This document shows, piece by piece, positions 18,274 to 25,107 of a DNA stretch of 64,000 bases. A model generated the notes under the pieces. The model was not told the DNA's origin. It did no database searches and saw nothing but the letters and a program-made list of their open reading frames with translations. How positions within the stretch are numbered: position 1 is the stretch's first letter; the number at the start of each line of letters is the position of its first letter. The position numbers and the translations under genes are program-made. The DNA is from Alphaproteobacteria bacterium (GTDB lineage: Bacteria; Pseudomonadota; Alphaproteobacteria; M2410), in assembly GCA_006226415.1 (NCBI GenBank), contig SBGZ01000054.1:1554-65553 (forward strand), written 5' to 3'.

Positions 18274-19164
18274 ATGACCGGCTTACGTCCCTCAATTGAT
18301 GGCTTTCTGGGCCTTGAAGAAGCTGTCGCTCCCGCCACCGCTCCGCGTGCACGCATCATTCCCTTTGGGCTTGAGGCAAGCGTTTCCTATGGCGGCGGCA
18401 CGGCAGCCGGGCCGGAGGCCATGATTGCGGCCTCTCATGAGGTGGAGCTTTTTGACGAGACTTATTGGTGTGAGCCGGTCACCCATTTCCAGCTTGAAAC
18501 CCTTGAGCCGATCACGCCGAAGGGGTCGATTGAACAGGCGCTGGAGCAGCTGGCGGGTCTGACCGGCGCCGCGTTGGAAGAGGGGATCTTCCCCATGGTT
18601 TTCGGCGGTGAACACGCCATCACCCCCGGCGCCATCCGGCCTTATCTGGCCCGCTACCCAGATCTGGCCCTGCTGCATTTTGATGCCCATGCCGACCTGC
18701 GTGATGGCTATGAGGGGGAGCATTATTCTCATGCGGCCGCCATTCGGCGTTGCCTCGATCATGAACCCTTGTCCGTTGTCTCTGTCGGTATTCGCAATAT
18801 CTCGGCAAGTGAAATTCCCTTCCTAGAAGCCAATCGCCACCGCATCCATATCCATTGGGCCAAGGACAAGGCCCATTGGAATTTGGAAGAGATCATCGCG
18901 CCCCTCAAAGGCAGGCCGATCTATCTGACCTTCGATGTGGATGGCTTTGACGCGAGCCTGATGCCGGCCACCGGAACCCCGGAGCCGGGCGGGCTCTTTT
19001 GGGATGATGTCATGCCGATTATTAAGCGCGCCGCGGAAGTGGGCGAAATCGTCGGCGCCGATGTCAACGAACTGGCGCCGCGCCCGGAGCTTCACAGCTG
19101 CGATTTTCTTGCTGCCAAACTGGCCTACAAAATCCTGGCGGCCAAATTCCTCGCCAAGGCCTAG
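18274..19164 (+). CDS. speB: Agmatinase/ureohydrolase family protein
   Basis: Mn-ligand motifs GGEHAIT, HFDAHADLRD, SVGIRN, DVDGFD...TGTPEPGG. The ORF opens at a TTG at 18262 overlapping the DHS stop; an ATG follows at 18274. Confidence 0.85.
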   Translation: MTGLRPSIDGFLGLEEAVAPATAPRARIIPFGLEASVSYGGGTAAGPEAMIAASHEVELFDETYWCEPVTHFQLETLEPITPKGSIEQALEQLAGLTGAALEEGIFPMVFGGEHAITPGAIRPYLARYPDLALLHFDAHADLRDGYEGEHYSHAAAIRRCLDHEPLSVVSVGIRNISASEIPFLEANRHRIHIHWAKDKAHWNLEEIIAPLKGRPIYLTFDVDGFDASLMPATGTPEPGGLFWDDVMPIIKRAAEVGEIVGADVNELAPRPELHSCDFLAAKLAYKILAAKFLAKA

Positions 19165-19292
19165 AGCGCACAAACAGGGTCATCGCGCCACGCAGATATT
19201 GATTCCACTCCCCAAACCGGTACTTATGGAGGGGCAAAACGAGACGCCGTTCACAGGCGCATGAAAAATCAGGTGTGAGGGAGGAAAATCAC

Positions 19293-20072
19293 ATGATGAA
19301 CGTGGAAAAAATGTTTCGCCTGGACGGCAAGGTGGCTTTGGTCACCGGTGGTTCGCGCGGTATCGGCAAAATGATTGCCGAGGGCTTTATTGCCCAGGGC
19401 GCCAAGGTCTATATCTCATCACGTAAGGCCGGCGCCTGCGATGAAACCGCGGCCGAACTCGGCCCCAACTGCATCGCCCTTCCGATGGATATTTCAACCG
19501 TCGAAGGCTGCCAGTCCCTGGCGGCAGAGGTCGCCAAGCGGGAAGACCATCTCGATATCCTCGTCAACAATGCGGGGGCGGCATGGGCCGTGCCGTTTGA
19601 AGAATTTCCGGAGCACGGCTGGGACAAGGTCATGGACCTGAACGTCAAATCACCCTTCTTTTTGACCCAGGCCTTGCACGGGCTCTTGAAAGTCAAGGCT
19701 TCCTTTGACGCGCCGTCCAAGGTCATCAACATTACGTCCATTGATGGCATGCGGCTCAATCCGCTGGAAACCTACAGCTATCACGCGTCCAAATCCTCGC
19801 TGATTTATCTCACCAAGCGCATGGCGGCGCGGCTGATCCAGGATGCGATCATTGTCACCAGCCTGGCGCCGGGGCCTTTTGCCAGTGAGATGAACCGTGC
19901 GGCTCGTGACCACGGGGACGAGGTGGCGAAACGCGTGCCCATGCGCCGTGTCGGCACGCCCGAAGATATGGCGGGCGCGGCTGTGTTCCTGGCGAGCCCT
20001 GCCAGTGACTATGTGGTCGGCGACACGCTCACCGTGGACGGCGGCGTCGCTCACGCCACCCTGCCAAGCTGA
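19293..20072 (+). CDS. Short-chain dehydrogenase/reductase
   Basis: TGGSRGIG cofactor motif, NNAG, and the Y-x3-K dyad (YHASK). SD GAGGGAGG lies 9 nt upstream of the ATG at 19293. Confidence 0.85.
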   Translation: MMNVEKMFRLDGKVALVTGGSRGIGKMIAEGFIAQGAKVYISSRKAGACDETAAELGPNCIALPMDISTVEGCQSLAAEVAKREDHLDILVNNAGAAWAVPFEEFPEHGWDKVMDLNVKSPFFLTQALHGLLKVKASFDAPSKVINITSIDGMRLNPLETYSYHASKSSLIYLTKRMAARLIQDAIIVTSLAPGPFASEMNRAARDHGDEVAKRVPMRRVGTPEDMAGAAVFLASPASDYVVGDTLTVDGGVAHATLPS

Positions 20073-20089
20073 TTTGTAAGGGAAAAGGG

Positions 20090-20482
20090 TCAGGCCTTGT
20101 TGGCGAAGGCGCTCAACATGGCCTGCCATTCCAGGTCCATGTCCGCGGTCCATTGACCTGCCAAAATCGAACGGCAGCAGTCCCGGATTGCGACGAAAAA
20201 CTCGTCGAATTTCTCGTCGGGCACTCCGTATCCATCGTGCACAAAGCGGCTGGTTTCGACAAAATTCGTTGCCATGCGATTGTCTTCGCAAAAATCAAAA
20301 ATACACTCCAGAGCGTTCTGCAGCATGGAGCCGCGTACGCTTTGATCTGTGTCAAGAATGAAGAGTGGCTCCAGTTCGGGGCTACCTTCAAACAAACGTT
20401 GATATATCGGACCTGTCGGATCCTCCCCGGTTTCGCCGAGGAGCTCCAGAGAGCGCATCACATGCGTACCTTCAAAACTCAT
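20090..20482 (-). CDS. Globin-like protein
   Basis: 130 aa from the ATG at 20482 (SD GGGAGGAGG). All-helical. A candidate proximal His sits in FVHDGYGVPDEKFDEFF, resembling bacterial sensor or single-domain globins. Confidence 0.5.
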   Translation of the reverse strand: MSFEGTHVMRSLELLGETGEDPTGPIYQRLFEGSPELEPLFILDTDQSVRGSMLQNALECIFDFCEDNRMATNFVETSRFVHDGYGVPDEKFDEFFVAIRDCCRSILAGQWTADMDLEWQAMLSAFANKA

Positions 20483-20506
20483 GAATAGGGTGCCTCCTCC
20501 CAAGAA

Positions 20507-21919
20507 TCACCATCGCCAATAGGCAGGAACAAACATAACAAAGAGTGTCAAAAATTCCAGCCTTCCGAGGATCATACCAAGGCTAAGTGCCCATTTAGCA
20601 AGATCCGGCAAGCTTGAAAAATTCCCCGAGGGTCCGATGATATCGCCAATGCCGGGTCCCACATTGCAGATCGCTGTCGCTGCGCCACTGAGGCTTGTTT
20701 CAAAATCGAGGCCAAGGATTTCCAGAACGAGCGTCAGTCCAATCAGGCTGCCGGTGAATATAAAGATAAAGATGCCAACCGAGCGCATAACATCCGGCGA
20801 AAGCTTTTTGTTTTCGTAGGTCTCGCTGAAGACGCCATGCGGGTAGATGAGCTTGTGAATTTCCAGCCGGATGGTCTTTAATGCGACAATAATTCGCATG
20901 GTCTTAAGGCCGCCTGCGGTTGACCCGGTGCAGCCCCCCATAAATGTAAGGGCCAGAAAGATAATGACCGCAAAGGAGCCCCAGGTGGTGTAGTCGGACG
21001 CGGCAAATCCCGTTGTGGTGACAATGGAGACAACACTGACAGTCACCAGGGTAAAAGCATGAAACGGGGCGAATTGCGCTTTGTGAACCAGCCAAAAAGT
21101 CAAAAGAAGAATGGCCAGGGTCAGCAGAATGAGCAGGGTTTCAACCTGAACGCTGCGCAAGGATTTGCCGCGGAGCACGCGGATGTAAAAGACGAAAGGA
21201 ATACCGCCTGACAACATGAAAATTGTCGCGATCCAGTCAATGGCGTCGCTCTTGAAAAATCCGAGCGAGGCGTCATGGGTTGAATAACCACCGCTTGAGA
21301 CCGTCGTCATGGCATGGGTCACCGCATCAAACCCGGACATGCCCGCCGCCAGATAGGAGAATGCGCAGGCGATCGAAAGCCCCAGGTAAACCCAAAGGGT
21401 TGCCCCCGCAAGCATGGTCGCGCGCGGCAATTCTTTCTCTGAGCGATCTGAGCTTTCTGTTCGAAAGAGCTGCATGCCTCCAATGTTGAGGAGCGGCAGA
21501 ATGGCAATGGAGGTGACAATAATGCCAATGCCCCCGACCCATTGCAGAAGGGCTCGCCAAATCAGAAGCGAATGCGGCGCCGTGTCCAGCCCGCTGAGAA
21601 CTGTCGAGCCGGTGGTGGTGATCCCGGAGACGGATTCAAATACGGCGTCCGTCAGGCTCATGCCATAAGAAGTAAAAGGAATGGCCGCAAAGAGAGGCAG
21701 CAGGATCCAAGCGCCGGAGGTCAGAAGATAGGCTTGCCGAGGCGCAATGTCGTAGCTTTGCCCCCGCGTGGCGAAGTAAAGGGAACCCGCGACGAAGAAA
21801 GTCAGCCATGCGGTTTCCAAAAAGGGTACCGCATGGGACGGGTCCGCGATGGCCGGAACCAGCATAATGGTTGCCAGACCTGCGAGGAAGAAGCCTAAAA
21901 TACCAAGGACTGCTTGCAT
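20507..21919 (-). CDS. trkH: TrkH/KtrB-family potassium uptake protein
   Basis: 470-aa polytopic protein with repeated M1-P-M2 selectivity-like motifs (TTTGS, SSGGY, TTTGF, GPGIG). Confidence 0.8.
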   Translation of the reverse strand: MQAVLGILGFFLAGLATIMLVPAIADPSHAVPFLETAWLTFFVAGSLYFATRGQSYDIAPRQAYLLTSGAWILLPLFAAIPFTSYGMSLTDAVFESVSGITTTGSTVLSGLDTAPHSLLIWRALLQWVGGIGIIVTSIAILPLLNIGGMQLFRTESSDRSEKELPRATMLAGATLWVYLGLSIACAFSYLAAGMSGFDAVTHAMTTVSSGGYSTHDASLGFFKSDAIDWIATIFMLSGGIPFVFYIRVLRGKSLRSVQVETLLILLTLAILLLTFWLVHKAQFAPFHAFTLVTVSVVSIVTTTGFAASDYTTWGSFAVIIFLALTFMGGCTGSTAGGLKTMRIIVALKTIRLEIHKLIYPHGVFSETYENKKLSPDVMRSVGIFIFIFTGSLIGLTLVLEILGLDFETSLSGAATAICNVGPGIGDIIGPSGNFSSLPDLAKWALSLGMILGRLEFLTLFVMFVPAYWRW

Positions 21920-22003
21920 GAAACTATCTGCCTGAGCCGTATTCTGGGGCGACCATACACATTACAACAAAAAGAAAAAGGGAAAGATTGCTCCCTATCT
22001 GCC

Positions 22004-22876
22004 CTAAAGACCATCAATCCGGCAGCCCCGAGCCTGCAGAATGGGCTTGAGGTCGCGGTAAGCCGCGGGGGTGTCGTTGAGCGGTATGAACGGATGGAGG
22101 TGATGAACGATGTGATATTGCATGCCCGCCGATAAGATATTTCCAAGTCGCGAGCGAAAGGCGCGGGTGTCGCGGTAACGGCCCTTTTCTTCCGAAGGGT
22201 AGTGGGGCGCCCAGGACAGGTAGAAGTCAATATAGATGAATGCGATTTGGATCGGTAACCACCACAGGAAAAAGGCCTCAAGCCCGAGACCCATCCAAGC
22301 GAGAGCACATAAGATGCCGATAAACCCAAGTTTATAAAGGACAGATTGGATAATAAGGTCCGTCCGCCCAAGCCGCTGCAGACAATCCGCATAAGCTTGC
22401 GTGCGCGCGCCTTGCGGTTGTCGGTGGTGCAAGCTGTTCCGGATGGATTGCCAGGGCCCGGGTGCCTTTGCGGAGTAGTCCGGGTCAAGTTCTGGATCAT
22501 TGGCATGAAGGTGGTGCTGCAGATGTGTATAGCGCAGCGCGTTATAGGGTGCCGCGAGCATCCAGGTCGTGCCGTGGCCGACCAGTTCATTGAGCCAACG
22601 AAGTTTTGTTCCTTTACGCGCAATAATATCATGCTGCGCGTCATGGGTCGGCAGATAGACCAGCGCCATATTTAGAATGGCGACCGGAAAGGCGATCCAC
22701 AACGACAGGGTGTCGGTCAAGACCAATGCCCAAAGCCCGAGCCATGCGGCCAAATTGCCAAAGGCCCAGACCACCATCAGCAAAGGAAACTTGCCGCGAT
22801 ATTTCTCAGCGATCTCGCGTTCAGCCTTAAACAGCTCCGCGTTCGACATGGCCGCATAATCGGGAGGTGCGCTCAT
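22004..22876 (-). CDS. Membrane fatty-acid desaturase-family protein
   Basis: Three His boxes: HDAQHD, HLQHHLH, HIVHHLHP. Start set at the ATG at 22876 (MSAPPDYAAM). The longer ORF extension has no coding-like features. Confidence 0.8.
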   Translation of the reverse strand: MSAPPDYAAMSNAELFKAEREIAEKYRGKFPLLMVVWAFGNLAAWLGLWALVLTDTLSLWIAFPVAILNMALVYLPTHDAQHDIIARKGTKLRWLNELVGHGTTWMLAAPYNALRYTHLQHHLHANDPELDPDYSAKAPGPWQSIRNSLHHRQPQGARTQAYADCLQRLGRTDLIIQSVLYKLGFIGILCALAWMGLGLEAFFLWWLPIQIAFIYIDFYLSWAPHYPSEEKGRYRDTRAFRSRLGNILSAGMQYHIVHHLHPFIPLNDTPAAYRDLKPILQARGCRIDGL

Positions 22877-23082
22877 AACCAACTCCCGCGAACCTGCGCG
22901 ACCAGACCCCAGGCGCCGCAGACCACCAGAGAAAAAATAAGCGGCGACAAGCCAAAGGGCGGTGTCCATCTGAAGGCGACAATGGCCTGTTGCAGAACAG
23001 GCGTCAGAAAACCGAAGGCAAAGATTAACGGCAGCAATTTGACCACCAATGCAAGAGCGCTGGCGAGGGCTGATTGGATCAT
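22873..23082 (-). CDS. Small membrane protein (hypothetical), translationally coupled to the desaturase
   Basis: 69 aa from the ATG at 23082, preceded by GGAAGGGAGA. Two hydrophobic helices. Its stop overlaps the desaturase ATG (ATGA). Confidence 0.45.
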   Translation of the reverse strand: MIQSALASALALVVKLLPLIFAFGFLTPVLQQAIVAFRWTPPFGLSPLIFSLVVCGAWGLVAQVRGSWL

Positions 23083-23312
23083 CAATCGGGTCTCCCTTCC
23101 TAAGGGGTTGGTCTGGGTCAAACATCCTCCCATGACGGAGGATCTTTGACAATGTGTCCGCCCCAAAAGGGCATGATTTCTGCGGTTTGTGCCGGCGGCG
23201 ATGGGGAAATGGTGCCTTTTGCGGCAAAGGTCACGATGTTCGGGCCTCAAAATCCATTGCCGCAGCGGCAGATTGCCCCTATTTTGCTGAGATCGCAGCA
23301 ATTGAGCTGCAT

Positions 23313-23456
23313 CGTTCTCAGGGCGGGGTGAAAGTCCCCACCGGCGGTAAGCAGAGACCTCTGCAAGCCCGCGAGCGCCTTTCCCATCCCGGGCGAGGGT
23401 CAGCAGATCTGGTGGAAATCCAGAGCCGACGGTTAAAGTCCGGATGGAAGAGAACG
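23313..23456 (+). promoter_or_regulatory. FMN riboswitch (RFN element)
   Basis: The P1 stem pairs cgttctc (23313-23319) with gagaacg (23450-23456). Conserved RFN core strings: AGGGCGGGGTGAAAGTCCCCACCGGCGGTAAG, AGCCCGCGAGCGCC, GGTCAGCAGATCTGGTGGAAATCCAGAGCCGACGGTTAAAGTCCGGATGGAAGAG. Confidence 0.9.
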
Positions 23457-23545
23457 GGGAAAGAGGCTGAAGGCACCGCAGGGGGCTTTGGCGGCCTCTC
23501 GCCTGTTTTGCCCTGAGTTATGAGCGTTGGAGAACAAAGAGCGCC

Positions 23546-24439
23546 ATGACCAGGTTGTTTCGCCACACATCACCGGCTGTTGCCGGAGCCAGCTTGATGG
23601 TGCTCGCCGGGCTGACCTTTGCGCTCGTCAATACGCTTTTGCAGTTTGGCACAATGGTTCTGGGCGTGTCGCCTGCCCGCCTTGCCTTCTGGCAATATCT
23701 CATTGCCTTCCTATTTTCTCTGCCCTGGCTGATCACCCGGGGGTGGCGGTCCATGCGGACCTCTCAGCTGTTTGCCCATGTCTTTCGTGTGGCCCTTGCG
23801 GCGACAGGCGTTCAGCTCTGGGCCATGAGCCTTGCCCATGTCCCGATCTGGCAAGCCATTGCGCTCATCATGCTGTCGCCCTTCTTTGTCATTATTGGTG
23901 CCAATCTCTTCCTGGGAGAAAGGGCGGGCCTCGATCGCTGGGCCGCGGTGATTGTGGGGTTTGTCGGCGGCATGATTATCCTGGCGCCCTGGTCGGATGG
24001 CTTTAGCTATTATGTCCTTTTGCCGGTCATGGCGGCCGCCATGTGGGCCATGACTTCGCTGATGACCAAGCACCTCTCGCGCACAGAATCGCCTGAGTCC
24101 CTGACCGTCTATCTCCTCCTGCTTTTAACCCCGGTCAACGCAGCTTTGGCGGCAGGGGAGGGACTGTCGCCGGGGGTGGGGCTTCCCGGCTTTTTGCTTG
24201 TAGCCGCAGGGCTCTTAACGGCGCTGGCGCAATATGCCATCGCCAAGGCCTATAGCCTGGCGGACGCGAGTTTTCTGCAGCCCTTCGATCACCTCAAACT
24301 GCCTTTTAATGTGGTTCTGGGGCTGGTGGTCTTCGGCTTTGTGCCGCCGGGCTCCATGTGGCTCGGCTCCCTCCTTATCATCGGGGCCTCTTTCCTCCTT
24401 CTTCACAAAGAGTGGCGGCGTTCGCCGCGCCTGAGCTGA
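23546..24439 (+). CDS. ribN: EamA/DMT-family transporter, RibN-like riboflavin transporter candidate
   Basis: 297 aa with about 10 TM and two EamA-like halves. Sits immediately downstream of the FMN riboswitch. Confidence 0.75.
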   Translation: MTRLFRHTSPAVAGASLMVLAGLTFALVNTLLQFGTMVLGVSPARLAFWQYLIAFLFSLPWLITRGWRSMRTSQLFAHVFRVALAATGVQLWAMSLAHVPIWQAIALIMLSPFFVIIGANLFLGERAGLDRWAAVIVGFVGGMIILAPWSDGFSYYVLLPVMAAAMWAMTSLMTKHLSRTESPESLTVYLLLLLTPVNAALAAGEGLSPGVGLPGFLLVAAGLLTALAQYAIAKAYSLADASFLQPFDHLKLPFNVVLGLVVFGFVPPGSMWLGSLLIIGASFLLLHKEWRRSPRLS

Positions 24440-24503
24440 CCTTTTGATCTAAAAATCGGCAGAAAACGGGCAAAAACAGAGGTGCGACAATTTGGGCCTT
24501 GCA

Positions 24504-24534
24504 ATACTTGCTATTTGCGTTAAATAGCAAGTAT
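24504..24534. promoter_or_regulatory. ArsR/SmtB operator: perfect 13-5-13 inverted repeat
   Basis: atacttgctattt-gcgtt-aaatagcaagtat. The right arm overlaps the ArsR ATG at 24533. Confidence 0.7.
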
Positions 24535-24853
24535 GGAAAATACATTTGATATTCTTGAGCTTGAGAAAAACGCAGAAGCGGCATCCACCTATCTGCGGAT
24601 GCTGGCAAATCCCAGCCGTTTGCTGGTGCTGTGCAATCTGATTGAAGGCGAGCAGTCGTCCGGCGAATTGGCCCGAAAGATTGGCATTTCCCACCCCAAT
24701 CTGTCGCAGCACATGTCGAAGCTCAAGTCTCAGGGTCTCGTCGATACCCGGCGAGAGGAAACCACGATCTACTACCGGATCAAGGATGTGCGTGCCGCGC
24801 AGATCATCAATGTTCTGCACGACCTGTTTTGTGCGGCACCTGGAAAAAACTAA
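24533..24853 (+). CDS. ArsR/SmtB-family transcriptional repressor
   Basis: 106 aa. LRMLANPSRLLVLCNLIEGEQSSGELARKIGISHPNLSQHMSKLKSQGLV is a typical winged HTH. Confidence 0.85.
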   Translation: MENTFDILELEKNAEAASTYLRMLANPSRLLVLCNLIEGEQSSGELARKIGISHPNLSQHMSKLKSQGLVDTRREETTIYYRIKDVRAAQIINVLHDLFCAAPGKN

Positions 24854-24870
24854 CAAAAAGGAAAACGTCC

Positions 24871-25074
24871 ATGTCTCTCGATCGCGCCATTTTTGCCTTT
24901 GCCGGCGTCATGATTCTTACCAGCCTCGCTCTGGCATATTTTCACTCGCCTTATTGGCTGTTCTTTACCGCCTTTGTGGGTCTCAACATGTTCCAGGCGG
25001 CCTTTACCGGTTTTTGCCCGGCGGCCATGATCTTCAAAAAACTCGGCATTGCTCCCGGCAAAGCCTTCGACTGA
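24871..25074 (+). CDS. DUF2892/YgaP-C-terminal-like small membrane protein
   Basis: 67 aa from the ATG at 24871. Two TM helices, with the FTGFCP motif typical of the family. Confidence 0.6.
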   Translation: MSLDRAIFAFAGVMILTSLALAYFHSPYWLFFTAFVGLNMFQAAFTGFCPAAMIFKKLGIAPGKAFD

Positions 25075-25107
25075 TCCACTGACCTTTTCAACGGGAGCCA
25101 GGGCTCG

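Noticed and set aside
21895-22644. 249-aa ORF overlapping the desaturase gene, and the 117-codon N-terminal extension of ORF 22004..23227
   Set aside because: The desaturase frame carries all three His boxes. An internal ATG at 22876 is coupled (ATGA) to a small upstream ORF with a strong SD. The extension and the alternate frame look non-coding (Arg/Pro/Ser-rich).
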